From contig NZ_QLIR01000008.1 of assembly GCF_003428155.1 (NCBI RefSeq), positions 54,568-86,567 on the forward strand: a stretch of 32,000 bases of DNA, given 5' to 3'. Positions 18,761 through 28,923 of this stretch are shown piece after piece (within the stretch, counting starts at the first letter, position 1; each line of letters opens with the position of its first letter). Origin of the DNA: Fastidiosibacter lacustris (GTDB lineage: Bacteria; Pseudomonadota; Gammaproteobacteria; Francisellales; Francisellaceae). The notes under the pieces are model-generated. The model saw only the letters and a program-made list of their open reading frames with translations. It was not told where the DNA came from and did not search any database. The translations under genes were made by a program, and so were the position numbers.

Positions 18761-20785
18761 TCACAAAATACCATTATATTTTAATAGTGCGTCAACAGTG
18801 GGTTGTTGACCTCGAAAAGCCTCAAATAACTCTGCTGCTGGTCTTGAGCCGCCCATTTCCAAAATATTTTGCAGAAACGACTGACCAATCTTGGGATTAA
18901 TGATTTCGGCAGATGATTCAAAGACTGAAAATGCATCGCTTGATAATACTTCTGCCCATTTGTAACTATAGTAGCCTGCTGCATAACCACCTGCAAAAAT
19001 ATGTGAAAAACTATTTTCAAAACGATTATATTCAGGCACTTCAAATAATGAAGTCTCCTTTCTGATACTCAATAAAGTACCATGAATATCAAGCCCATCT
19101 GGCTGAACTTGATGGAGTTTCATATCAAACAATGCAAATTCTAATTGACGCAACATTGCCAAAGCAGATTGATATTGCCGAGATGCCTCCAGTTTCTTGA
19201 ATAATGCTGTTGGTAGTGACTCACCCGTTTTGACATGTTTAGCAATTAATGACAAGCCTTCCCTACTCCAACAAAAATTCTCCATGAATTGACTAGGTAG
19301 CTCAACAGCATCCCATTCAACGCCATTTATACCTGATACAGGCAGATAATCTACTTTAGTCAAGATATGATGAAGCGCATGCCCAAATTCATGAAACAAA
19401 GTCAAAACATCATTATGTGTTAAAAGCGCATCCTCATTATTTTTGGGTGGCATGAAATTACACGTTACGTAGGCAACAGGAACTTGCACACTCTGATCCT
19501 GCCTTTTATAACGCGTACGACAATCATCCATCCATGCTCCATCTCGCTTATTATCTCTTGCAAATAAATCAACTAGGATCTTTCCTCTTATGTCTTTCTT
19601 TTGATCATAAAAAACATATAATGCCGTTTGTAAATGGTAACGATCCCATTCTTTGACTTCTTGTGCATGCACACCATAAAGAGACTCAATTATTTTAAAT
19701 AAACCTTGTATAACATAAGGTAATGGGAAATAAGGTCTTAATTCTTCTGCAGTAAAATCATAAAGCGTTTTTTTCATTTTTTCACTGTAATAAGGCACAT
19801 CCCACACTTGTAACTTGCCACTTAACCCATGCTTATTTGCAAAACTTTGAAGTGCTTGAAGTTCTTTTTGCGCCTGATGTTTAGCCCTTTGCAATAAGTC
19901 TTCTAAAAATGCCATAACTTTATCAACTGAACTCGCCATTTTGCTCTTTAATGATAACTCTGCATAATTATTAAACCCTAGTAACTTCGCCTCTTTATAA
20001 CGTAATTCTATAATTTCTTGCATAATTTTAGCGTTATCATATATTGGGTTTTCCGCTAAGCTTGAAGCACGCGTAACATATGCGTGATACATTTTTTGTC
20101 TTAACGCACGGTTATCTGCTTGCTGCATGACTGCAAGATAGGTTGGTGCATCCAACCCTAAAAAATACCCTTTTTCACCTACCGATTCTGCACGAAGCCA
20201 AGCCTGTTCTAACATATCCTCTGACAAGCCCAGAAGTTCATTTTGATCAGCAGTTACATAATGCCACGCCATCGTAGCATCTAAGACATTATTTTCAAAC
20301 TGACTTTGTAGTATAGAGAGCTTCGTCGCAATTACTTCAAATTCCTTACGCTTTTGACCTTCTAACTCCACTCCTGATAATTTAAAATCACGAATAACAT
20401 CATGAATCGCTTTAATTTGTGCTCTGTCAAGTGAAGTATCATTTTTAAGAATATACTGATAAGCCTTAAGCAACCGCTCATCTTGTGCCGTTTGAGTTGA
20501 ATATTCCGAAACTTTTTCAACACAATACTGATAAATATCTCGAAGTTCTTGTGTATTTTGTACAGCATTTAAATGCGCAATAAGTCCAAATGTTTTTGAT
20601 AAACGATCATCAGCCTCTTCTAATGGATAAATAAATTGAGCCCACGTAAATTGGTTTTCCTGTAATAAAACTTCTTTTAAATCAAGACATTTTTTTAACC
20701 TAAAATCAACCGCTTCTTTTGCTTTACTAATATCAACTTTAGAAAATTCAGGCATTGCTGAATCAGTTAATAAAACGTTCTCCAT
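18761..20785 (-). CDS. prlC: Oligopeptidase A (M3 family zinc metallopeptidase)
   Basis: The HEFGHALH zinc motif is present. The N-terminus MENVLLTDSAMPEFSKVD resembles the E. coli PrlC start. AAGGA lies 7 nt upstream of the ATG at 20785. The track start at 20812 is an extension. Confidence 0.88.
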   Translation of the reverse strand: MENVLLTDSAMPEFSKVDISKAKEAVDFRLKKCLDLKEVLLQENQFTWAQFIYPLEEADDRLSKTFGLIAHLNAVQNTQELRDIYQYCVEKVSEYSTQTAQDERLLKAYQYILKNDTSLDRAQIKAIHDVIRDFKLSGVELEGQKRKEFEVIATKLSILQSQFENNVLDATMAWHYVTADQNELLGLSEDMLEQAWLRAESVGEKGYFLGLDAPTYLAVMQQADNRALRQKMYHAYVTRASSLAENPIYDNAKIMQEIIELRYKEAKLLGFNNYAELSLKSKMASSVDKVMAFLEDLLQRAKHQAQKELQALQSFANKHGLSGKLQVWDVPYYSEKMKKTLYDFTAEELRPYFPLPYVIQGLFKIIESLYGVHAQEVKEWDRYHLQTALYVFYDQKKDIRGKILVDLFARDNKRDGAWMDDCRTRYKRQDQSVQVPVAYVTCNFMPPKNNEDALLTHNDVLTLFHEFGHALHHILTKVDYLPVSGINGVEWDAVELPSQFMENFCWSREGLSLIAKHVKTGESLPTALFKKLEASRQYQSALAMLRQLEFALFDMKLHQVQPDGLDIHGTLLSIRKETSLFEVPEYNRFENSFSHIFAGGYAAGYYSYKWAEVLSSDAFSVFESSAEIINPKIGQSFLQNILEMGGSRPAAELFEAFRGQQPTVDALLKYNGIL

Positions 20786-20867
20786 TTTAAATCCTTTGCA
20801 TAATTTCTTCATTCTATTAGCGCTTTATAATACACTTACTCCACCATAAGAAAAGTACCAACAGCAG

Positions 20868-21512
20868 ATGTCTGGCAATTTAACAAATATTTTAACCCAC
20901 TTTGTGATGTTTATTATCCCTATGCTTTTTGCAATTACACTTCATGAAGCAGCACATGCTTACATTGCTAAACTTTGTGGTGATCAGACTGCTTACTTGA
21001 TGGGACGTGTAACTTTTAACCCTATCAAACATATTGACCCATTAGGCACTATCATCTTACCTGTTGTAATGTTTTTATTACAAACTGGTTTTTTATTTGG
21101 CTGGGCAAAACCTGTTCCTATTAATTTCAACAATCTAAAAAAACCAAGACAGGATATGATACTTGTTGCCATTGCAGGTCCTTTTGCTAATTTTGCGATG
21201 GCAATTATTTGGTTTATTTTATGGAAGTTTGTGCCAAACTTTGGCTTTAATCAAATGGCACAATATGGCGTAGCACTGAACTTAATGTTAATGGTTTTCA
21301 ACCTATTACCCATTCCACCCTTAGATGGTAGCCGCGTTATCAGTGCTCTTTTGCCATACAAAGCAACTTTACAATATAATCGACTTGAGCGTTGGGGCTT
21401 CTTAATTGTTTTACTATTGCTATTCATTCCATTTGGCAATAGCAACTTATTGGCGAGCATTTTAATTCCAGTTATTAATAAGCTACTTCTTCTGATACAA
21501 TTTATTTTCTAA
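20868..21512 (+). CDS. Site-2 protease family (M50) membrane metalloprotease
   Basis: 214 aa and polytopic. Carries HEAAHA (HExxH) in the first helix and the second metal-ligand motif NLLPIPPLDG. Confidence 0.75.
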   Translation: MSGNLTNILTHFVMFIIPMLFAITLHEAAHAYIAKLCGDQTAYLMGRVTFNPIKHIDPLGTIILPVVMFLLQTGFLFGWAKPVPINFNNLKKPRQDMILVAIAGPFANFAMAIIWFILWKFVPNFGFNQMAQYGVALNLMLMVFNLLPIPPLDGSRVISALLPYKATLQYNRLERWGFLIVLLLLFIPFGNSNLLASILIPVINKLLLLIQFIF

Positions 21513-21536
21513 TTACTTAAACATAAAGGTTTACTT

Positions 21537-21908
21537 GTGCAACTTGAACTTGAAAAACCAGATACTAACGTTTATGTCAAACACTACCAAAATGGAAAAA
21601 TAATATTACCACATCAAACTTATACCAATAGCATTATTATTACTCCCTCCAACGTAATCAGTGAGTGCTGGTCAATTACACATGCTTCTATGTTAACTAT
21701 TGAATCACTCGAATTGCTTTTTGAACTTAATGTAGATATCTATCTTCTAGGAACAGGAATAAATGCGCTTATTCCAGCCCCTGAAATCCTAGGCGCATTT
21801 GCCCGCTTAGGCAAACCGCTTGATTTTATGGACTCTGGGGCGGCTTGCCGCACCTTTAACATTCTTGCAAATGAAGCACGTAATGTAGCTGCTGCCATTA
21901 TTGCATAA
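21537..21908 (+). CDS. Mth938-like (DUF498) domain protein
   Basis: 123 aa with a GTG start. The segment DIYLLGTG...PAPEILGAFARLGKPLDFMDSGAACRTFNILANEARNVAAAII is typical of this family. Confidence 0.6.
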   Translation: MQLELEKPDTNVYVKHYQNGKIILPHQTYTNSIIITPSNVISECWSITHASMLTIESLELLFELNVDIYLLGTGINALIPAPEILGAFARLGKPLDFMDSGAACRTFNILANEARNVAAAIIA

Positions 21909-22008
21909 TGTGAGCAAGGATCCTGCTTTACCTTGGAGCAGGCTTGACTTATCACTTAGACAAAACGTATTATCACATTACTTTTAGAACATGAGCAATC
22001 GATAGATT

Positions 22009-23202
22009 ATGATTATAAAACCAGAAGTCATGCGTGGTGGACTTGTTAAAAACCCACATCCAATAGGCTGCAAAGCTGTCGTTGAAAAACAGATTAACTA
22101 TATGAAGAAAAAATCTTGCTTTAGCGATAAAAAACGAGCTCTGATTATTGGTGGCTCATCTGGTTATGGACTTGCCTCTCGCATTGCACTGGCTTATGGT
22201 GCTTATGCCGATACAATTTGTATTTCTTTTGAATCCGGCATTTCTGACAAACGTATTGGGACTGCTGGTTGGTGGAATAATATTTGGTTTAAAGAGCAAG
22301 CCGAAAAAGATGGATTAATCGCTAAGAATATCATTGGTGATGCTTTTTCAGATGAAGTCAAACAACAAACCATTAGCCTTATCAAGAAAACATTTGATGG
22401 GAAAATAGATGTTGTTATTTACAGCCTTGCCTCACCTAGGCGTACAGATCCCAAAACTGGAATCACTCATAACTCTGTACTCAAAAGTACTATTGGTGAA
22501 ATTTCAGCACCAACGTTAGATTTAAACAAACAAACGATTGTGTCAGGCAAAATGCTAGAAGCTACAAAACATGACATTGATGAAACAATTAAGGTCATGG
22601 GCGGGGAAGATTGGCAATTATGGATTGAAGCATTAAAAGATGCGAATGTATTGGCTCAAAACTTCAAAACGACTGCTTATTCATATGATGGTGCCGATGC
22701 AACAGATGCCATCTACAAAAAAGGGACTATTGGTGCTGCCAAACGCCATTTAGAGAAAACCGCACTTGAGTTAAACTACATGCTACAGGGTATTCATGGA
22801 GAGGCATTTGTGACTGTTTTAAAAGCACTTGTAACTAAGGCCAGCGCTTTTATTCCACTTTTCCCACTGTATGGTTGTGCTCTCTTTAAAGTCATGAAAC
22901 AACAAGGCACTCATGAAAACACTATTGAACAAATAGATCGCTTCATGCGTGACATGATGTATGGTAATAAACGTATTATTGATGAGACCCAGCGTGTGCG
23001 CTCTGACAATTTGGAAATGGATGTTAACACTCAACGCCTTACCAACGAAATTATGGCAAAAATGACTGCTGAAAACTTTAAAAAAATCAGTGACTTCGAT
23101 GGATTTTACCAAGACTTTTTAGAACTGAATGGCTTTAATATAGAAGGAGTTGATTACAATCTCGCTATAGATAGCGAAGCATTAAAAACTAAACAACCTT
23201 AA
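22009..23202 (+). CDS. fabV: Enoyl-[acyl-carrier-protein] reductase FabV (trans-2-enoyl-CoA reductase family)
   Basis: 397 aa. The N-terminus MIIKPEVMRGGLVKNPHPIGC and the glycine-rich LIIGGSSGYGLASRIA match the FabV signature. Confidence 0.88.
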   Translation: MIIKPEVMRGGLVKNPHPIGCKAVVEKQINYMKKKSCFSDKKRALIIGGSSGYGLASRIALAYGAYADTICISFESGISDKRIGTAGWWNNIWFKEQAEKDGLIAKNIIGDAFSDEVKQQTISLIKKTFDGKIDVVIYSLASPRRTDPKTGITHNSVLKSTIGEISAPTLDLNKQTIVSGKMLEATKHDIDETIKVMGGEDWQLWIEALKDANVLAQNFKTTAYSYDGADATDAIYKKGTIGAAKRHLEKTALELNYMLQGIHGEAFVTVLKALVTKASAFIPLFPLYGCALFKVMKQQGTHENTIEQIDRFMRDMMYGNKRIIDETQRVRSDNLEMDVNTQRLTNEIMAKMTAENFKKISDFDGFYQDFLELNGFNIEGVDYNLAIDSEALKTKQP

Positions 23203-23261
23203 CTCATGCCTTAGAAGTAACCCTCTGTATTCCGCTGATGAGATATTATGAAATGATTATT

Positions 23262-23348
23262 TGGTGCCAGAGGCCGGACTCGAACCGGCACAGTGTTGCC
23301 ACCGGTGGATTTTGAGTCCACTGCGTCTACCAATTTCGCCACTCTGGC
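23262..23348 (-). tRNA. tRNA-Leu (anticodon CAA), 87 nt, CCA encoded
   Basis: The reverse complement is GCCAGAGTGGCGAAATTGGTAGACGCAGTGGACTCAAAATCCACCGGTGGCAACACTGTGCCGGTTCGAGTCCGGCCTCTGGCACCA. The acceptor stem is 7 bp (GCCAGAG/CTCTGGC). The anticodon stem is GTGGA/TCCAC with loop CUCAAAA. A long variable arm and a GTTCGAGTC T-loop are present. Confidence 0.95.
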
Positions 23349-23549
23349 ACAAATCTGTGCTGAATTTCATATTCATAAGACCTAAGCAAGAAAATTTGAA
23401 ACTACCATGTTTGTTAATCCTAATCTTTTCCAACCAGGTTAAAACAGGGTTTATTCTAGCTAAAACATAAGTGAAGTCAAACATTATTTTCTAGATTTCA
23501 ACTAAAAGCCCTTAGCATATTCAACAAAACTTAAAATACATGCATTTTA

Positions 23550-24668
<1,119 letters not shown>

Positions 24669-24872
24669 TTATTACTGGTTCTAAAAAAGATGGCTCATAG
24701 TAGACAATTCATTCTCAAAAAGCAATTTTAAGCTTATCTAACACCAGTCTATCTTAATTAAATTTTTAAGACTGACCCAAGCTTAACCTAGGAAAACACT
24801 GACTGAAAAACCAAGTACAAGTAGCTCTCAAACTAACAGAGTTTTAAAAGCTAAAACGTCTTACGCCATCAA

Positions 24873-27185
24873 CTAAAATAACCAAGAAATACCAACCGCC
24901 ACACTGTCATCCCGTATAACTTCTCCCGCACTGTTTCGTAAGCTCTTTAAAGCTCCATAATAATCCGTATGGCTAAAATCGATGTAAAGACTTAACCCTG
25001 GCTTTAAGCGATAATAGGGACGAATGGTCCACTTGAGGATATTTAGACCGCTGCCAATGTAATCTTCGGCGATGGTTTTGGTGGCCGCAATACTATGGAT
25101 GCCGGTACGGATAAATAAATTATCAGTCAACTGATTATCCCGAGTAAGCTGTATATCGAGCTTCGTGCTGCCTTTATGGACATATGCACGGATGTCCGTA
25201 TCAATAAAATAAGGCATTAAGCCTTCAATACCAATACCTGGTTGTACATACGGTGTTTTAGCAGGGCGATATACATAGTTCACACCGCCTTTAATGACCC
25301 AAAACTCGCTCACAAGATGCCAATAAAAGACATCAACATTGGCTTGTTCCATTTTATCCTTATTTACTTCCATATCTTCTGCATAAATTTCAAGTTTATG
25401 ATAATCACCACCAATCCGAGTTTTTAATGTGGTTTCGTAACTCCCTTTCAAATCAGTGGCTACATCTAAGTGACTATCGTGATACCAAGTAGATTTGTGC
25501 GCCATATTGTTGCTAAGAAGTAATTGTGCTATTTCATTATTTCCTCTATGCGCTTTTTCTTGAGCATCCTCATAGCGCAAGATGCGACTCATCCCCGCTT
25601 GCATGTGATAGAGGTTATGACAATGTAAAATCCATTGACCACTGGCATCAGCTTCAAAGTCAGCGGTAATAGTTGTGCCAGGCGGCACATCAATCGTATG
25701 AAGTAAAGGATCATAGGCGCCATAACCGTTGCGTAGAATAAACCAGTGTCCATGAATGTGCATGGGATGGTGCATCATGCTGTTATTGGTAAAAATAATC
25801 CGGTAACGCTTGCCTTTTTCTAAGAGAATGGGCTTAGCATGATACTCAGAAACACCGTTAATAAACCACATGTATCTCTCCATATAGCCTGAGAGTTCCA
25901 TTTTGATAGGAATGACAGATTTATTAGGATCATTGGTCTTATGAGTTGCTTTGAGTGTCTGGTATTTATGCTCAAACACAACTGGTCTCTCATGCTGCGT
26001 CTTGGTATGAGAAGCAGGCATATCCATACCTTCATGGATCATCGGTACATTCAGATCAACAGGATGGGCTGTATGTGATGTCATTCCCGCCATATTATGA
26101 CCTGCCATATTGTGATCACTCATTTTGAGTTTGGGTTCAGGAAAGGGTGAAATACCACTCACATCTAGAGATTGCTGTAAATCTGTAACCAGTGCGCCAT
26201 AAACTTTACCAACTTTATCAGTGGATTCCACATAGATAATATAGGGTCTCTTTTGGGTGATGTTGACTAACACATCATAGGTTTCACCTGGAGCTAAGGT
26301 AAGACTATCTATATCATAGGGTTGCACGTTACTACCCTGCACATGCACCACATGCAGCTTGCTGCCAGGTATTTTAACCCGAAAAAGGCTATTGGCCCCA
26401 GCATTAATTAAACGTAAACGGATTGTATCACCCACGTTGACTAAAGCCTTCCAGGGGTTTTGCGTAGTATGACCGTTTAGTAAGAATGCATCATAGGCAA
26501 CATCACTAAAATCATACGGACTCATGCGCATAGACTGCATCATCTTATAATTGTCAACCAGTTCTTGGCGTCCTTTAGCTGTACCGTTGCGGTATCTCTT
26601 TATAAAATCCTGTAAAGATGGTTGCATAGGAAATCGTGGTGAGTAATAATCACCTTCTTTTTTCAGATTTGCATAAATTTGTTCAGGCGGGGTATTGCTC
26701 CAATCGGAAAGTACGATAGGGTAGTCTTTCGTGACCTTGATAGTTTCTTGCTTAGGGTGAATAATCAGTGCTCCATATAAACCTTGCTGTTCTTGTAGCC
26801 CCTCATGCGCATGATACCAATACGTGCCTGATTGCTTTAAGGTAAAACGATACTGAAAAACACCACTAGGTGGAATTGACTGTTGACTAATAAGAGGGAC
26901 GCCATCCATTTGCCAGGGTAAAATCAAACCGTGCCAATGAATGGAAGTGGGTTTATTCAAGTGGTTATATACGTTAATGGTGACCGTATCGCCTTCGATG
27001 AAATGTAACGTCGGTCCTGGTATCTGACCGTTAATGGTCAAGGCTTGAACGTTCTTTCCGGTAAAATTCACAGTTTTGTAATCTATCGTCAAATCCACAA
27101 TACGGTTCGCCGCCCATGCGGTAGGTAGTGTAACTATACTGAAGACGAAACTGCTTAAAAGAGTACTGACTAATCCTGTATTCAT
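24873..27185 (-). CDS. copA: Copper-resistance multicopper oxidase (CopA-type) fused in frame to a CopB-type outer-membrane domain
   Basis: 770 aa. The signal peptide is MNTGLVSTLLSSFVFSIVTLPTAWA|AN and has no twin arginine. All four MCO copper motifs are present: HWHGL, WYHAH, HPMHIHGH and HCHNLYHMQAGM. A Met/His-rich loop is present. After a roughly 25-aa linker, the last 206 aa (about nt 24876..25493) align by eye with the CopB C-terminal region: GIEGLMPYFIDTD..., GSGLN and a terminal VGISWLF (compare GVRFWF). SD AGGGAGG is present. Confidence 0.8.
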   Translation of the reverse strand: MNTGLVSTLLSSFVFSIVTLPTAWAANRIVDLTIDYKTVNFTGKNVQALTINGQIPGPTLHFIEGDTVTINVYNHLNKPTSIHWHGLILPWQMDGVPLISQQSIPPSGVFQYRFTLKQSGTYWYHAHEGLQEQQGLYGALIIHPKQETIKVTKDYPIVLSDWSNTPPEQIYANLKKEGDYYSPRFPMQPSLQDFIKRYRNGTAKGRQELVDNYKMMQSMRMSPYDFSDVAYDAFLLNGHTTQNPWKALVNVGDTIRLRLINAGANSLFRVKIPGSKLHVVHVQGSNVQPYDIDSLTLAPGETYDVLVNITQKRPYIIYVESTDKVGKVYGALVTDLQQSLDVSGISPFPEPKLKMSDHNMAGHNMAGMTSHTAHPVDLNVPMIHEGMDMPASHTKTQHERPVVFEHKYQTLKATHKTNDPNKSVIPIKMELSGYMERYMWFINGVSEYHAKPILLEKGKRYRIIFTNNSMMHHPMHIHGHWFILRNGYGAYDPLLHTIDVPPGTTITADFEADASGQWILHCHNLYHMQAGMSRILRYEDAQEKAHRGNNEIAQLLLSNNMAHKSTWYHDSHLDVATDLKGSYETTLKTRIGGDYHKLEIYAEDMEVNKDKMEQANVDVFYWHLVSEFWVIKGGVNYVYRPAKTPYVQPGIGIEGLMPYFIDTDIRAYVHKGSTKLDIQLTRDNQLTDNLFIRTGIHSIAATKTIAEDYIGSGLNILKWTIRPYYRLKPGLSLYIDFSHTDYYGALKSLRNSAGEVIRDDSVAVGISWLF

Positions 27186-27191
27186 GGTGTT

Positions 27192-27240
27192 TGACCTCCC
27201 TCACGAATTTGGGACACTTTTGAATTTTCGACTCCATCAT
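27192..27240 (-). repeat. Copy B of the shared 5'-leader element; the 38-nt core is 27203..27240
   Basis: The core cgaatttgggacacttttgaattttcgactccatcata matches 6589..6626 at 35/38. It fills most of the 74-nt gap between the putP stop (27260) and the copA-copB start (27185). Its proximal part supplies the SD. Confidence 0.8.
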
Positions 27241-27259
27241 ACCTTTAATCGCCAACAAG

Positions 27260-28720
27260 TTACAGCCTTTCCTTTGTTTGACTATATTGCTCAAGGATTA
27301 ACTGATTTGGTATTTTGCTCATTAAACTTGCAACAACAATTGCAACACAAGCAAAAATAAAACCAGGTAAAAGTTCATATAACTCGAAAAAACCACCCAA
27401 GAATTTTAAGTAAGGCCATATAATCACAGTTAGCGCACCCACAACTATTCCTGCAAACGCACCAACTAAATTCATCCTGCGCCAATAAAGCGATAAAATA
27501 ATAATAGGACCAAATGACGCACCTAACCCTGCCCAGGCATAGCCAACTAAATTTAGGATTGAGTTTTTGGGATTAAGCGCAAATAGCATTGCAATAATAG
27601 CAATCATAAGCACAACTATACGACTAACAATAAGCATCTCATTGACCGTAGCATACGGACGAATAAATTTATGGTAAAAATCCTCTACCACCGCACTTGA
27701 TGATGCCAATAATTGTGCTGAGGCTGTACTCATTGTAGCAGATAGCACGGCAGCCAATAAAGCACCCGCCACCCACGGATCAAACAACATTTGTGAAAGT
27801 AAAACAAATACCGTTTCAGGATTTTGAAGCATATTTGGGGCAAAATAAGCAATACCTAATAAACCTGTAAATACCGCACCCAAAAGTGCGATACACATCC
27901 ACGTCATGCAAATAAACTGTGCCTGAGGAACAGACTTTGCGGTTTTTGTAGCCATGAATCGCACCAAAATATGTGGTTGACCAAAATACCCTAAACCCCA
28001 AGCAAAAAGAGAAATCACACCGACTAAAGTCGTATCTTTAAATACATTTAAATATACAGATGATTGCTGAGAGACCATTGTTAACGCATCACTCAAACTC
28101 CCAATATGCATCCATACCGCAATTGGCACTATGATAAGTGCAATGAACATTAACGACCCTTGGAAAAAATCGACCCATGAAATCGCTAAAAAACCACCTA
28201 TACAGGTATATACTAAAATAATAAACGCAGTAATATATAAACCAGTTGAATAGTCGATCTGAAATGTAGAACCAAATAAAAGCCCACCTGCCACAAAACC
28301 TGAAGCTGTGTAAAAAGTGAAAAAAATCAAAATAACGATTGCACTTAGTAAGCGCAAAAGTCCTGTTTTATCACCAAAGCGATTCTCAAAATAAGATGGA
28401 ATCGTAATCGAATCATTGGCCATTTCGGTATAAACACGTAAACGCCTCGCAACAAACTGCCAATTTAAATAAGCACCTAATGCTAACCCAATCGGCAGCC
28501 AAATTTGGTTTAATCCATTTAACATCACCGTACCTGGTAATGCTAATAACAGCCAGGAACTCATATCCGAAGCACCTGCACCTAACGCAGCAATTGGGCC
28601 ACTTAATGATCGACCACCAAGCATATAGTCATGTAAATTTTTGGTGTAAAAGTATGAACACACCGCTAAACCAAAAATAATAACAATATATAATACAAAG
28701 ACGATAACAAGTGCTGACAT
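27260..28720 (-). CDS. putP: Sodium/proline symporter PutP (SSS family)
   Basis: 486 aa. The stretch YMLGGRSLSGPIAALGAGASDMSSWLLLALPG...RLRVYTE...FFTFYTASGFVAGGLLF aligns closely by eye with E. coli PutP. Confidence 0.9.
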   Translation of the reverse strand: MSALVIVFVLYIVIIFGLAVCSYFYTKNLHDYMLGGRSLSGPIAALGAGASDMSSWLLLALPGTVMLNGLNQIWLPIGLALGAYLNWQFVARRLRVYTEMANDSITIPSYFENRFGDKTGLLRLLSAIVILIFFTFYTASGFVAGGLLFGSTFQIDYSTGLYITAFIILVYTCIGGFLAISWVDFFQGSLMFIALIIVPIAVWMHIGSLSDALTMVSQQSSVYLNVFKDTTLVGVISLFAWGLGYFGQPHILVRFMATKTAKSVPQAQFICMTWMCIALLGAVFTGLLGIAYFAPNMLQNPETVFVLLSQMLFDPWVAGALLAAVLSATMSTASAQLLASSSAVVEDFYHKFIRPYATVNEMLIVSRIVVLMIAIIAMLFALNPKNSILNLVGYAWAGLGASFGPIIILSLYWRRMNLVGAFAGIVVGALTVIIWPYLKFLGGFFELYELLPGFIFACVAIVVASLMSKIPNQLILEQYSQTKERL

Positions 28721-28830
28721 CTTCCTTACCTTTCGATTTCTCTACAGTAGATTTATACATTTAGATTCATGCAATACTTAAAATCTAAACACACATTAAC
28801 CATTACTTAAGTTGAAGACAATAAGCTTAA

Positions 28831-28923
28831 TTACGATCGATTCTTAAGGTAATTTACCAAGGATAAACCAACGATTACGACCAGCGGAATAAATACTATT
28901 GACCATGAGCTTAGAGTTCCCAT
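28831..28923 (-). CDS. Candidate 30-aa single-helix membrane peptide upstream of putP (hypothetical)
   Basis: Not in the ORF track because it is under 60 aa. The peptide is MGTLSSWSIVFIPLVVIVGLSLVNYLKNRS. AGGGGA lies 5 nt before the ATG and an in-frame stop lies 4 codons upstream. It is on the same strand as putP, 110 nt upstream. There is no homology evidence. Confidence 0.25.
   Translation of the reverse strand: MGTLSSWSIVFIPLVVIVGLSLVNYLKNRS

Noticed and set aside
23257-23484. Two ORFs of 69-75 aa on opposite strands (23257..23484 on minus, 23261..23470 on plus).
   Set aside because: Both run through the tRNA-Leu(CAA) gene and its AT-rich flank, so they are spurious translations of an RNA gene.
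23203-23549. The tRNA-Leu gene as a possible genomic-island integration site.
   Set aside because: There is no integrase, no direct repeat of the tRNA 3' end and no foreign-looking genes adjacent. The neighbours are fabV and tgt.
27031-27294. An 87-aa minus-strand ORF spans the putP stop, the shared leader element and the copA start. Its segment MMESKIQKCPK resembles a 22-codon ORF over the other element copy (6575..6643, MTSKQLENMMELKIQKCLKCAG).
   Set aside because: The similarity is just the translated nucleotide repeat. All three core differences between the copies fall at second codon positions and are non-synonymous (L/S, L/P, C/F). The two ORFs end completely differently. The 87-aa ORF runs out of frame over two well-supported genes. 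A nucleotide-level element explains it better than a conserved leader peptide.
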